Of a stretch of 64,000 nucleotides of DNA, positions 40,901 through 51,658 are shown in pieces. This DNA is from Phoronis australis (lineage: Eukaryota > Animalia > Phoronida). The DNA is taken from NCBI GenBank assembly GCA_002633005.1, contig NMRA01000001.1:682917-746916 (forward strand), in the 5' to 3' direction. The notes beneath the pieces were generated by a model that did not search any database, was not told where the DNA came from, and worked only from the letters and a program-made list of their open reading frames with translations. The stretch's first letter is position 1. Each line of letters begins with the position of its first letter. The position numbers were made by a program, and so were the translations under genes.

Positions 40901-43900
40901 TGTGGAGCTTTCAAGCTTGTTCCAATGTCTTGAGAGTTGGCAAACGTTATGCATCTTGATTTTGTTTGAAATTCAAAGACTGAATTAAGTGATATTTGCT
41001 TATTGGTTTTGGTCTGCGCCCGACTCATTTTGAAGCCTGCGCTTTGCTTTTTAAAGAGAAAAGGCTAAAACACGGTATAGTGTTCTTTTAAAAAAATTAA
41101 TTTATAGTCAAAAAGAGTATACATCTAACCAAACTAAAATCCAATCAAAATTCCAACAATTTTTAATCTAAACTCCTTATAAAAAATGACTTAGAGACAA
41201 AATGAAAATATTATAAAAAAATGACAGTCACGTACCGTTATCACCAGATCCAAATGACCAGACAGTCTTTCCATCCTGTGATACAGCTACAGTAAATGAG
41301 CTGCCGCACTCAACCTGCCCCACGGCGCCAATATCACGTACGAGGGTGGGTATGTTCTTTGTGCTGCAGTCACCGTGACCTGCAGGGGAGACAAGTTACA
41401 GAGAAGTTATTTATAACCTGCATTCATAGAAATTTTTAGGGCCCAAATATAGCATGTGACATGCAGTGGCTTTCAAAAATTTAGCAATTTTTCTTTCGGA
41501 GATCAGCAATTTTCAAATGACTTTGTATGTTTTTTTTTCTACCTTCCTTCTGGGGTTTGGCCATAGCTTGAACTGAATCACATGAACTTTTTGAAACCAA
41601 TGTAACAGAAATAGGGGGTTTATTGGCTTAATAGTGGCAACAGCTTACGGTACACCTATAATTATGTTAAGTGGATTACTGGATAGTGATGTTACCTTTT
41701 GATGTTTACTAAGTAATTTATGTTCACATAATCTACATACCCAGTCTGCCGTAGTCACCCTCTCCCCACGTGTACAGACTTCCGTCCTCGCAGACTACTG
41801 CGCTGTGGCGATAACCCGCAGATACACACTTGGCAGGCTGAAAAGGACCATGATTAGACACCTTAAGTAAATCTGAGATAAGTTTTGACCAGACTAGAAC
41901 ACCGGTTATTTACATTCATAGGTCTACACTTGAACAAGGCAACTGAAAGTCAATTTGACCTATTAGCACAGATTCCAAATGTCAACAAGCCATCCCCTTG
42001 ATAACATCCGACTCAGAATCCCAAACTCTCCAGCTTGAGACAAAGATAAGAAATAATGCATCAACCACCCCTGACTCATATTCAGAATCCGACTCTCAGA
42101 ATCCCAAATTCTCCACCTAGAGACAAAGCCAAGAACTAAAACACCAACTCAATTTCAGAATTTACAAGACATCTTGACATGAAGCAGGCATCGAAAAGGT
42201 GGTCATAAACACACTTTGCTGACGATATGCCTCCGATAAGACTAAACCCATGAAGTCATTATACTCATATCACAATTTAATAGAACGTGTAGTCTGTTCG
42301 CATTCTTTTGCTCTTTGCAAATCGTACTGAGATTTATGAACCACTTGTGTATGAACAGGGTCCTAAGAACAAACAGAGCAACAGGCTTAATAGTGTGGTT
42401 GGGTTATAGTTATACACTAGGCTTAATAGCGTGGGTGAGTTATAGTTATACACTAGGGTTGATAATATGGTTGGGTTATAGTTATACACTAGGCTTAATA
42501 GCATGGGTGAGTTATAGTTATACACTTGGGTTAACAATATGGTTGGGTTACAGTTATACACTAGGCTTAATAGCATGGGTGAGTTATAGTTATACACTAG
42601 GGTTAATAATATGGTTGGGTTATAGTTATACACTAGGGTTAATAGAGGAGTCATTGGAACACACATCAAGTGTTTCCAATGAAGAACTAAATAAAAAGAA
42701 TTCATCTCACCTTGCCGATGTGTATCGCAGGTATGATTTTAGGACATTTCTGTGTTGCGTGGTTTCCATGACCCAGTTTACCATAGTCACCTGTAATGAG
42801 TCAAATGAATCTTAACTGTTGACTTCAAACAGCACAGTACTTCACTATACCAGACTTGACAATTTCAATTTTTGTACAAACTCAAGATACATGATTATCT
42901 ATCCTTCTTCGCTCCAGTACATAATGACTTTAATACATTTCAATAACTATTTAATCTTATTTTGTACTTGGTGTCCCTAGCATTAACGCTAAAAGTTCCT
43001 GATTCAGAACTCGAAATTTTGAGTCCTTAATTGAAATCTGCAGTTTTCACTGAAGTCAACTGCTCGAATATGGTAGTCGTCAAGTACAGACTTGGACTAG
43101 AAATTCACATGAATGAACTGTAATGTACTCAAACACGTATCTAGAGTTTGCACAACAGGAGAATAGATAAAGCCAAAAACAATTCAGAGTCCAATTTAGA
43201 GTAAAAACACAAGAGCCCAGGTCAAGGTCTGGTGATACTTTACTCCAAAATAACAACCATTACTGTAATGGCTATGTAAATGTGCAACTCAACACCAAAA
43301 TTGTTGACTTCACTCAAATTTGTAAAATGGCAGAGCAAAAGTTTTCGTTTACACTTTGCAACAAGTTAATAACCGTAAGTGGTGTAAATGGATACTTAAG
43401 TGTTCTTGCTCTGATACTGTATTAAGAACACTAAGTACTTCTTGTTCTGATACTGTATTAAGAACGCTATGCACTTCTTGCTCTGATACTGTATTAAGAA
43501 CACTATGCACTTCTTGCTGATACTGTATTAAGAACACTACGTACTTCTTGGTCTGATACTGTATTAAGAACACTACGTACTTCTTGCTCGACACTGTATT
43601 AAGAACACTATGTACTTCTTGGTCTGATACTGTATTAAGAACACTATGTACTTCTTGCTCTGATACTGTATTAAGAACACTACATACTTCTTGGTCTGAT
43701 ACTGTATTAAGAACACTATGTACTTCTTGCTCTGATACTGTATTAAGAACACTATATACTTCTTGCTCTGATACTGTATAAGAACACTATGTACTTCTTG
43801 CTCTGCTATATTGTACTAAGAACATTACGTCTCAAACAAACGATCGTGGACCTGTGTGCAAGCATCCTCTCCTACTATAACATGAAATGTACACTCTTGC

Positions 43901-46900
43901 GTTTTCAGACTTCAGCAAACTTCACTATAATCTTAATTACAAATGACGCATTGGATTATTCAATGAATAGTAAACAGTAATTCAAACTGTAAAAGCCTAC
44001 CATCACCCCAGGAGAACACATAGCCCTCTTGTGTGATGGCAATAGTATGTCCATCAGACCCTTTTGATGACGAGATCTTCTTGATCTTGAATCCCCCTTC
44101 AAAAACTAACTTCTTGGGTAAAGGCTGATTGCAGGAATCACCAAGTCCTAGAACAAAACATGTAATTGTCCGTTTTAATTCGTAAGTTTCATTCCCAACG
44201 CCAGCGAAGAGTTAGTCAATGAATAACAGATGAATTTGAGTGATATATTTGTCTCATCATGGTGTTGTGAATTTTGGGCCTTGCTTTGGATAAATGAATG
44301 AAATTTACAACCTAGAACGGCCACTTTAACAAGAAACATTCTAAAAAATGTCAAAAAATAGAAACATTCTGAAATTTGTCAAAAAAGCTGCAAATGATGA
44401 AGACATTTCCATCATTTCCGAAAATTCCCATTTTTAATTACATCAGATACTCCCACTTGTTTCAACAGAACAAAATATGACACCAAATTTTAGGACAATA
44501 ACTGTTGATGTTTCGGTGTCCATCACATCACGCTGTAGCGCACTCACCCAGTCGACCGTAACTCCCCTTGCCGCACGCTGACACTGACCCGTCCGAGTTG
44601 ACAATAAAAGTACAATACTGACCGGCTTCACACTGAAGAAAATAAACAAATATGACCAAAGCACCGGACAAACTTGAGAAAGTGAGGGATATAGCAACTG
44701 TCATCAACTAAAGTTGGGCATTAACATAACACACAAATGACCTTGGTTTGCATCACGAATTGACCACATTTTGATATTTTTTAGTCATTGAACAACAAAC
44801 AGAAGACGGCATATCAAAATGCACACGTAAATGAATGACTGTGATTCCAGCTTATGTAGTTAGCCTTGCTTACGTAGGTCATCTCAATATATTTTCAACC
44901 TGTATTATGGCAGTCATATTTTCTTAGCCTTGAAAATGACAATGGAACTGTCGAAACATGTTGCCAATTGCAACTGAGATTTATTATCGAGAAGATTGTT
45001 CGTGGGGACAGTAAACTTCACAGGAATATTAAAAGCACAGACAGGATAAATCCAACCATGTGAACTAGTGAACATATCAAATTTTTAACTTTTATATGAA
45101 GAATTTGTAAATCAAATTAAATCAGTTTTTGGCCACAATAAGATTAAATTCCGGACAATCGCCGCACAAATAAAAAAGTTCATGTTCAATTCAACGTTTC
45201 GTCTTTTCATTAGACATCATCAGGATCATATTTACAACAATTTAGGACAACAAGTGCCAACATACAGCTCAGGTAACATCCATAGATGTGGCGATTGTCC
45301 GGTTTTTAATTTGTAAATCAGTATTTACTGAAATAACAAATCCTTTTAAAAGAGCATTAAAGGAGCATCGAAGCCGTTCAGGACTTCTCGTGACATATTT
45401 AAAGAAAAATAAACACTTGTCTAAAAGAAGCTCAAGCCACAGACTCTCATATGGACTAATAACGCAGGATGTTCACCTGCATCCAGACCCTACTCCACAA
45501 CCAAAGTGGAGGGGACAGAACCTTAAAGCCCCATGCAGCTCCGCCATCTTTTGAATACCAGTTTTGCTTCCAGTTTTGGGATGGAACCCTTGGGTTTGGT
45601 TTAAACATGGCAAGTAAGCCTTCATAATGGTGTAAGAAATGAGTTGAGTTCATGGAATGTCTCAGCGGGAAGGCCTACAGCAAATAACTTGGTATATTCC
45701 AAAATGAAGTTTGCGATTGTCCTAACTAACGTTGTAAAGGGCTTTAACAAATGCTACTGACCTGTTGCACATCGCCGAACTCTTTCGACATCGTGGGGAC
45801 AAGTATCTTTTCTTCACCTCCCAGCGCCAGCTGGTGGCTACTGTTGCTGCCCCAGACATACGTCTCGCATGCCGTCGACGTCAGTAATGTGCCGGAGTTG
45901 TTGGCATTCAGATCGCGTGATGTGCATGTCTTGGAGTAGTCCGAAGCCAACTTGCAGATCTGAAACATGCAAAAACAGGAGCGATAAGACCTACCAGAAA
46001 GTTCAGTGACCTCAAATATCAAAGCATATATCTTCAGAAATGTTTACATCTCTATCCAACCTGTAGATGAATTCGCTGTGACTTACAGATTGTACTGTAC
46101 ATGGTATGCTAATCTTATCACAGCTTGTAGGATACTTTTGTTAAATGTCTAACCCATGCAAATTCCCAAACTTTCTTTTTACAACCAACTGCCAGTCACA
46201 TACCTTGAAGCGTGTGACACAAAGGACAAAGCTCCCTGCAACAAATGCTGATTTTGGACAGGAAATGGAATTACCTATCTCAATTCAAGGCATGTTTACT
46301 ACTTTTCTGAAATCTTTTAGACAACGAGGCTTGAGAAGTTACTTGTCAGATTGCCACTTAAATTGGCAACACAGCATGTTTCAAATAAACTTCACCTTCA
46401 ATGATTAAACAATTTGCGAGTAAAGTCTTGCATAAAGTTTACAGGCTACAGGCCTTGACGAATGTAAGCATTCAATATAATAATATTATTTAATCATCAA
46501 TTCGGCACATTAGCAAAAGATAAGTAAGAATTATAAGTCTACATGCCACCTGTTGGTAACATTATGTGACCTACTACATAAAATAAAAATCATTTAGTCT
46601 TTATACAAATTCTGTATTGATGCTTTGAGAGCAAAGTACCAGAATTTGACATAAGCGTTGCATGACCTGTATGATGTAGATTAAATATTGATAAAGAGGC
46701 TACAGACCTCTTCCATAAGGCAGACTGCGGCCTCATATATCGCTGTTAGACCGTTTTCATCTTTGGACAACTTCTGCTTCGACGACACAACTGGCTCTAA
46801 TCCTCCCTGAGAAAAGACTCAAACTGCAGGACAAAGAACTAAGGACAAGCTGCTACAGTCTCATGACACACGAAAAACACAGCCTGGCGACATCAAATTC

Positions 46901-49900
46901 AAATAACATCCCGATTCCCGACCCAAAGTGAACTAACCCTTTTGAAGGAATACAGAATATAAATAGGTAAATAAAACAACAAGTATGGATCAACTGAAAT
47001 TTTCGTATGTAATAACGTCCTTTGTCAACAGAAACAGAAATAAAGTAAAATCAAGCACTATATGACAATTGACATTTAAAATATGGTGTAATGAATGATA
47101 CATTTTTGCGTTAAAAATTCAATGATATACCTTAAGAAGTTCTTATGTTCAATCCATGAGGTTCTAGTGTATTGAGCTCGTCTATCCAATATTGTTCTCT
47201 TTTGAGTCTGTGAAGGGTACTGGGGTGTTGGAATTTTTCTACTATTTGTACAGAAAGATCTTGAATATTATGGTTTTTGGAATTGAAATGATTACCTACA
47301 GTATCAGAAATGTTTTTATGTACTATGTTAAATCTATGATTACGAAACCGAGTTTGTAGATTATATTGAGTTTGTCCTACGTATTGGATAGAACATTTTT
47401 ACAAGTTATAAGGTAAATAATATTGTTGGTGGTGCAATCAAGTTATAACGAGGTTGCATACACGTCACAACAAATTATCAGAACTGGTTTCACCTGATTA
47501 AAAGTTTTTAGAATTTTGGTACCGAAAAATCGAATTTCAGAAGAAATTTTGTTGCTTCCAAGCAATCATTATCTCCCGAGAAATGTCGCAAAAATTTAGG
47601 AAATGGCGCGTGCGTGTGACACGAGCGCACTGTTTTCAAAACGACGAAATACTTTTCATTGTTAGAAAAGGCAGAGAGTTACGCAAGAAAATGAAGTTTA
47701 TTGCATTGTTTTTCACTTAAACGGCTGTAACGGGCAAGGTGAGTGTCGGTTGACTCCCAGATTTTGCATGCACACCGTCCGGTCTTTAGCTTTACATGTT
47801 GATACAAGTTTCATGGCGCGGTGACGAGCAGAACTACCTTGGCGGTGTGCAATTTCGCCGTCTATAGAAGAAATACACACAGTGGGACCTAGCTGTATTT
47901 TGACGACAGTCTTCATACAGCTATCTGGCTGGCTACTAATTTCCTTGAGTCAGCATTGTAACTCAGAATGCAAAAGAAAACGTGTGCAGCCATAAGAATT
48001 TCAAAGAAACAATTTTAATTATCACATAGAAAGGTGTAGCATTGTGGGTAATTATTGATGAAAACAGTCTGGCGTCATGGTGATTTAGGGTGGTCTTATT
48101 GTCATCAATAATGTGTGAAAAGACAAGACGCACAGGGCAGCCAGTACTTTTCACATTAGCCAGTTAAAAACCGTCTTAAATATTATGCATAAAATATCAG
48201 CTGATAGTAAAATATGGCATTAAAACTCTCACGACATAAGTTAGCATTACGGGCAAAAACAGACAGCTCGGGGCAGCAGGTAAAGCACAACATGTCAATG
48301 CACTCCCTCGTGTCACAACTGTGGTTCACAAAAAACACGTGTTGTATATACCAGAATAATTTGGGCTGCACATGAGAGCACGGTAGATTCGTGAGAATAA
48401 GAAATGAGAACATTTCATAGTGAGAATACTGAAGCGCTTCATGAGCGAGGAAGGGAACAAGAATTACAACAAACCTCATTCTGTTTCATCTGCAATAGCA
48501 CTTGTGTAAAGAAGTCCAACTTAATTCGTAGTGATGGGCTAGCGTCTTCAGACGATGTATTACCCAAACAAGCAGACAGCGCCATCTGTATCCAGTCCAG
48601 TAAATAACGCAATGAGCCTCGTTGGAAGGCGAGAGATAGCACCAGTTCCGAGGAGAGTCTCCGGCCAACGGGATCGGCCAAGGAATTTGGCAATGTGGAC
48701 AATTTCAGAAATTCAGTTACCTGGAATAATTACCGTTTTGCTTCAAATAATACATCAATCATATCTCAGTGTTTCTTCATAACATAACCTTATGCGCAAG
48801 TAACAAAAGATTGATAAATGAAAGCCAACAATCTAGAGAAGGCACCACCGTGGGGGTTCAGGGGTTAACTCCTCTTCCTTGACCCATGACCTCCAATATC
48901 TTGACCTTTTTCATTTGTACTATTGGTTGCAGTTTAAGTACTAGGTATACCCTATGCTCAAATCATGAAATCGAGGAGGTACGTCAATGAAATCGACAAA
49001 CGCAAAATCTGGATACAGTATAATATTCCGAATTTGAGAAAACGAATTGCCCATTCGTTTATTTTTTCCAAAGCCTTATACTGTGATTGTGTTAAACAAT
49101 GGCGGCTACAGTATAAAACTTGAGATTGATAATTAAACCTTGATAATTAAACCCTTAAATTTAGGTACTGATCATTTGTGGTAAAAAGAAAAAATAAAAC
49201 TTTTCACCTATCGACATGCAGACATTGTATCGTAACTTCAATTGTGGAAATGAGATGCCAAGGCGCAGTCAAAAACGTGAGAGAATAACTTGGAAATGGT
49301 CCTGTTGGTGGACGAAAACCAATCAAATTTGTACACTTTAGTCTAGTTCAATGCAAGTTTGACCCGCGTGCATCAGTTGGTGTATGGCAGGACAACTGAG
49401 TACTAGGCAAGTGAATACAGGAGCGCTGTGTACTAGGCAAGTGAACGCACAGCAGTGCAGTGCATCGAATAAGTTTAGTCTACAGTGAAAGCCCCTGCAA
49501 TCATCTTCTCCCCTGTACAGCATGACGACACATCATAAGATGACAGTTTCAATTTCGCCAAACTAACAGAGCCTCATTGTCAAAACGACCACAATACAAT
49601 ACCCAGTTGTAATACACCGCCAGTCCACCACAGATCGGGTTCGGAAATGAAATGTTGAGCAAAATTTGTCAAAAATTACTGCACAGATTTTCATTTTCTC
49701 TCACCATTGCAGTGACACGAAGGCAAAATATATAATCAAGTGAACTGTTACCTGATTTAGGCTTTCACGTCCCAACACCGGCAGTTTAGTTTCGTTTGCA
49801 AGCGACAGAGGGGGAAGGTTAGTCACGACTTCGCTGGCTGTAATCAACACACTATTACACAACTGAATCTCTGACGTTGTACTCCTGTCACGTGACCAAC

Positions 49901-51449
49901 TTTGCTGTATGAGAGCGAATAACAAGCTAAGTCCAGTCCGTACGCCCATTTCAACCAGGGCTTCAGAGCCTGTCCGTATTTTTTCTGTCGATGATGCAGA
50001 CGACGATTTTGCTGCTTCAGAATGCGACTCTGTGAATGTTGACAGGCGAACAAGTCGCTCACGAACATGATACGTGCTTGAGAGCGCGTAAAAGATTCGC
50101 TGAAGAACAGCAAGCCGTTTCTGCAGAACAGCGGCAAACGGAGAGTCGGAGCAGACCGCGCGAGCCAAATCGTGTTGACAGGTGATCAACGACTGCAGGA
50201 AGTGACGATGCTCATCTGTAGACAGGATGTCACTCTCAAAGTCCGACAGTGCCGGCCCTATGTTTAAAAGTACCACATATTATGCACCACAAGGAAAAAA
50301 TAAAGTATACAAAAGAACTGGTGAACCAAATGAGTCTAGCCAGATTTGGTAAAAACGAACCAAACACTAATAAAATAGTCTCATAATAGTTCCCGTCTAG
50401 ATATGATTCTATAAACTCCTTAACCAAATTGAGTCACAGGAAATGCGTACATGCGTCATCTTCAAATTTGAAAGTTTACAATTAGCCAAACCCAATGCAC
50501 TCTGAAGCGTTTTCCACACCCACAAACTGACGTTCTCTTAAGTCACCGATGGTTGCGATTCTCTTGTTGGTAAAAAATGTCTAGTTAGTAGTATGTAAAA
50601 CTGATCATGACAGAATCACGTACACCTCAAAGGCTCTAGATAAAGTGTCAACTCCGCTCTCCATTTCCGAATTCGTAAAATCTCAACATTCTTACGACTT
50701 ATTTCCAGCAATGTAATGAGCATTTGAAAACGGCAATATTTGAAATGTGAGTACTGAGCGCAGCATTAGTGTTGTGCACCAGCTCTATAGCTATTTTGAA
50801 ATGTATGTAAAGAGTGCAGCATTACTGTTGTGCACCACTCTATAGCCACAATATTTGAAATGTGAGTAATGCGCGCAGCATTAGTGTTGTGCACCAGCTC
50901 TATAGCTATTTTGAAATGTATGTAATGAGTGGGACATAACTGTCGCGCCCCAGCTCTATAGCCAACTGACACAGACAATCTACAGATGAGAAATGGAAAC
51001 AGCAAAAGATCCTCAACTGAGACTATACTATTTAATCTTAAGCATACGCGCACACACGTACACGCATATGGACACACATGCATGCACGCACACATACGGA
51101 CATTGAGAGAGAGCAAGAGAAAAAGGTGAATTACTCCAAAATTTAAATTACAAATTAATGTGCAAATTCACAAAAAATCAGATCCTTAATCTTTAGACAC
51201 CTAGAAGTTATCATAAACTCACTTTCAAGTAAACTGTTTAAGGAAAAAAATTAATGACACTTTTAATGAAATACCTTTGAGTTGCAACACCTGTGCAGGT
51301 ATGCTGGTAACTTCTTTGTTAATGACCAGCTTATCATACAGTCGATGGACTCCATCACGGCTCCCCAGGGTTTCACAGTTCTCACCCACCCACGACGAGT
51401 TCTGGTGATCAACCCACTTTAGTTTGACAGGTGGGTTAGACGTAGACAT
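1587..51449 (-). CDS. HERC1: HERC1 E3 ubiquitin ligase, spliced CDS span (34 coding exons in window, 3' end beyond position 1)
   Basis: Peptides match recalled vertebrate HERC1 in order (PPVKLKW..SSW, VCSDSPFA, EMGVRTGLSLLFAL, RGSLRYLL, RCC1 repeats, WVWLVDLER, LAGCFGLG, LGDYLVFLRRV); every exon is GT-AG bounded with continuous phase. Confidence 0.97.
2447..2553 (-). CDS. HERC1: HERC1 coding exon 33
   Basis: LIGSLRTQLLALHFLETVLPSC. Confidence 0.93.
5092..5345. repeat. Dispersed repeat, inverted relative to its copy at 331-565
   Basis: CTGAACAGTyAGGCyGCGGCCAC-GGGCATTTT and GGTGGCTG blocks match in reverse complement. Confidence 0.7.
5897..6200. repeat. 92-bp minisatellite, ~3.3 copies
   Basis: Units start at 5897, 5989, 6081, 6173. 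Confidence 0.95.
7411..7518. repeat. 27-bp minisatellite x4 containing a 20-bp palindrome
   Basis: AATCCAT-GTTTTAGTGATCACTAAAAC. Confidence 0.95.
8058..8389. mobile_element. MITE with TTAA TSD and GG..CC termini (Kolobok-type)
   Basis: ttaa|GGTTACAAGTACCCC ... GGGGTACACGTAACC|ttaa. Confidence 0.75.
13966..13995. repeat. (CA)n microsatellite
   Basis: Seen directly. Confidence 0.95.
14235..14393 (-). CDS. HERC1: HERC1 coding exon 32
   Basis: AAETALGDYLVFLRRVAS...KWTELVL. Confidence 0.94.
15420..15622 (-). CDS. HERC1: HERC1 coding exon 31
   Basis: FHAEKLSSGIIQSVVDLLYCQL; not in ORF track, read by hand. Confidence 0.9.
16074..20334. repeat. Tandem ~2.1 kb duplication (16074-18214 and 18216-20334) joined by a single N
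   Basis: Direct comparison shows only scattered SNPs and small indels. Confidence 0.95.
17249..18214 (+). other. Truncated second copy of the rolling stone-like CDS ending at an N (likely alternative haplotype)
   Basis: Near-identical to 19369-20334 and cut exactly at N 18215. Confidence 0.8.
19369..20778 (+). CDS. Rolling stone-like multipass membrane protein (~469 aa, uninterrupted CDS), nested antisense in HERC1 intron 15623-22034
   Basis: Motifs CQW..YR, KW..L.NW, KVSWLLYDIS..V..IFW, GLN..LLD...P..FLH resemble the rost family; about 6 hydrophobic helices; ATG in aatATGg context; AATAAA at 20983. Confidence 0.8.
   Translation: MAYELYGKEPVALYHQIGDELRCKKAKFHYTGPPEELDGCQWPMPTTRYATYRATLTIHMILWFALSFYEFDNPNDLPYTTPTKWILQLGNWNIVTLLGYTVWSLTIQVNTIARDYYNKWQINKTILDYTDSKMLRMLKTEDNNKKSKGRKHGSKASKSRQTSSTGPMHKSTSPQPSTGSPSPTILTKPGILKRPTKVFPHDPTQQHTKGKEIPLSEKEPQNEVDRTDSKNTSCRIKKVVNKHVPQITLNKSLIESPSQILEYDTLSSSPSLSGSFMPIDFDPLPQQEEPEPQSTILPPNPINVATKHKVSWLLYDISFTVSVATTVIFWSMRYDGANFNFSHLFYGLNIVVVLLDSFMVPYPIYFLHIWHTYIFSLIFTMSTVVYVAATPDSNGSDTWVYTTDGRAMVERVSLIFLLLIPGCQIMSVVTYYVRARVFAHILSETLNPKDSWVSISKQFSCCSNKCDCL
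22035..22272 (-). CDS. HERC1: HERC1 coding exon 30
   Basis: RLLLVTIYALSVHYCPVDISLAVSTG...RLLQIVSVTTG. Confidence 0.94.
22586..22706 (-). CDS. HERC1: HERC1 coding exon 29
   Basis: DGIRSA...EIQVSVHKIYELL. Confidence 0.92.
23587..23826 (-). CDS. HERC1: HERC1 coding exon 28 (copy B, probably an assembly duplicate)
   Basis: Apparently identical to 24807-25046; lies in the N-bounded duplication. Confidence 0.75.
24096..24600. mobile_element. MITE with CAGGGCTTGGAAT TIRs flanked by TTATAC direct repeat (second copy 25316-25821)
   Basis: Perfect 13-bp TIR and 6-bp flanking duplication. Confidence 0.8.
24807..25046 (-). CDS. HERC1: HERC1 coding exon 28 (copy A)
   Basis: SRLDALNQIL...LLNSVHMHLLAGCFGLG...HYQ. 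Confidence 0.9.
26064..26335 (-). CDS. HERC1: HERC1 coding exon 27
   Basis: VHKHLATNVVHFV...AMAMEAQQRRGE. Confidence 0.88.
27459..27531 (-). CDS. HERC1: Probable HERC1 coding exon 26 (73 nt)
   Basis: tgtag|GCC...CATG|gtatgt; bridges phase 0 to phase 1; encodes AHDRLHDDRLHDDNTATEELSRAH. Confidence 0.6.
28566..28744 (-). CDS. HERC1: HERC1 coding exon 25 (divergent linker; exon may instead end at 28559)
   Basis: Open frame GEYDLELSTF...VSQPE...RHRHS; good acceptor, phase-compatible. Confidence 0.72.
29069..29158 (-). CDS. HERC1: HERC1 coding exon 24
   Basis: YEFLCKSVITRCAFLLIGVRP. Confidence 0.9.
29614..29819 (-). CDS. HERC1: HERC1 coding exon 23
   Basis: LVEVYKAVYKVRRKLLS followed by a low-complexity linker. 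Confidence 0.88.
30451..30565 (-). CDS. HERC1: HERC1 coding exon 22
   Basis: DWETSD...DVVSRFLFACVLKQ. Confidence 0.9.
31141..31314 (-). CDS. HERC1: HERC1 coding exon 21
   Basis: DKALSDIV...REPAASVWASMQQYAVSK. Confidence 0.9.
31395..31645. repeat. (GAT/GGT/GAC)n trinucleotide low-complexity tract
   Basis: Seen directly; explains the spurious His/Asp/Met-rich ORFs. Confidence 0.9.
31888..32109 (-). CDS. HERC1: HERC1 coding exon 20
   Basis: LPLPHPAMLWVWLVDLERACSLLIGRCL. Confidence 0.94.
33385..33576 (-). CDS. HERC1: HERC1 coding exon 19
   Basis: DALYKSPAGAMLSQVIHSLLLLPV...EWPLY. Confidence 0.93.
33889..34021 (-). CDS. HERC1: HERC1 coding exon 18
   Basis: IAPAISLIHKHLSLMFP...IRDKMK. Confidence 0.88.
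34737..34901 (-). CDS. HERC1: HERC1 coding exon 17
   Basis: EQTFNDLGKN...HLHDLLTSLQKHLLAFCHIN. Confidence 0.92.
35834..36013 (-). CDS. HERC1: HERC1 coding exon 16
   Basis: RMQLGIILTSLQD...EILMKTVLRNLGFY. Confidence 0.94.
36310..36601 (-). CDS. HERC1: HERC1 coding exon 15
   Basis: LALAGGVA...RNLLFRLMD...ERMELLHSLLPQGPD. Confidence 0.95.
37209..37343 (-). CDS. HERC1: HERC1 coding exon 14
   Basis: QVVTWHRPFCVDLQEGTF. Confidence 0.94.
38134..38305 (-). CDS. HERC1: HERC1 coding exon 13 (RCC1 repeat)
   Basis: DNEVYAWGSNSMGQCG...ISAGTSHSLAWT. Confidence 0.95.
39060..39204 (-). CDS. HERC1: HERC1 coding exon 12 (RCC1 repeat)
   Basis: VFSFGSGPCLGHG...DSHCLALTQ. Confidence 0.94.
39875..40002 (-). 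CDS. HERC1: HERC1 coding exon 11 (RCC1 repeat)
   Basis: GKLGHGDTNRVYKPKVIE...CGSQYTLAL. Confidence 0.95.
40005..40311. repeat. 63-bp minisatellite, ~5 copies, abutting the exon 11 acceptor
   Basis: Units start at 40005, 40068, 40131, followed by two variant units. Confidence 0.95.
41236..41379 (-). CDS. HERC1: HERC1 coding exon 10 (RCC1 repeat)
   Basis: GHGDCSTKNIPTLV...DGKTVWSFGSGDN. Confidence 0.94.
41741..41837 (-). CDS. HERC1: HERC1 coding exon 9 (RCC1 repeat)
   Basis: CVSAGYRHSAVVCEDGSLYTWGEGDYGRL. Confidence 0.94.
42383..42643. repeat. 36-bp minisatellite, ~7 copies with alternating variants
   Basis: GTTATAGTTATACACTAGG core. Confidence 0.95.
42711..42790 (-). CDS. HERC1: HERC1 coding exon 8 (RCC1 repeat)
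   Basis: GDYGKLGHGNHATQKCPKII. Confidence 0.93.
43400..43825. repeat. ~43-bp minisatellite, ~10 copies
   Basis: CTGATACTGTATTAAGAACACTATGTACTTCTTG core. Confidence 0.95.
44001..44147 (-). CDS. HERC1: HERC1 coding exon 7 (RCC1 repeat)
   Basis: GLGDSCNQ...SSSKGSDGHTIAITQEGYVFSWGD. Confidence 0.94.
44548..44632 (-). CDS. HERC1: HERC1 coding exon 6 (RCC1 repeat)
   Basis: CEAGQYCTFIVNSDGSVSACGKGSYGRL. Confidence 0.94.
45762..45959 (-). CDS. HERC1: HERC1 coding exon 5 (start of RCC1-like domain)
   Basis: ICKLASDYSKTC...YVWGSNSSHQL. Confidence 0.94.
46708..46806 (-). CDS. HERC1: HERC1 coding exon 4
   Basis: GGLEPVV...GLTAIYEAAVCLMEE; not in ORF track, read by hand. Confidence 0.88.
48475..48720 (-). 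CDS. HERC1: HERC1 coding exon 3
   Basis: VTEFLK...GRRLSSELVL...QRGSLRYLLDWIQMAL. Confidence 0.93.
49752..50257 (-). CDS. HERC1: HERC1 coding exon 2
   Basis: GPALSDFE...VCSDSPFAAVLQKRL...EMGVRTGLSLLFAL...LNQ. Confidence 0.95.
50737..50960. repeat. Degenerate tandem repeat (~57/115-bp periodicity)
   Basis: GCAGCATTAGTGTTGTGCACCAGCTCTATAGC recurs. Confidence 0.8.
51275..51449 (-). CDS. HERC1: HERC1 coding exon 1 (start codon)
   Basis: MSTSNPPVKLKWVDHQNSSW...QVLQLK; donor G|gtat. Confidence 0.93.
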
Positions 51450-51658
51450 CCTCTAACACAGTTCTAATTGAAACCAATGAGTATCATTAAGCATTACACG
51501 CAAGATATTCAATGTTTCCAAGTCTAATGACAATTAAAAGTACGTAGGACCTTAGAAAAAGTCCAAGTTTGGCTAAGATTGAAATATCATATCTCAGAAA
51601 TGGCTGATTGGATGCACATGAAGCTCCCGGTAGGCCTACCACACTTTACAGCCATACT

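Noticed and set aside
42315-42815. 166-aa hydrophobic repeat ORF
   Set aside because: Translation of the 36-bp minisatellite
43349-43825. CRISPR-like periodic array and repetitive ORFs
   Set aside because: No unique spacers; eukaryotic intron minisatellite
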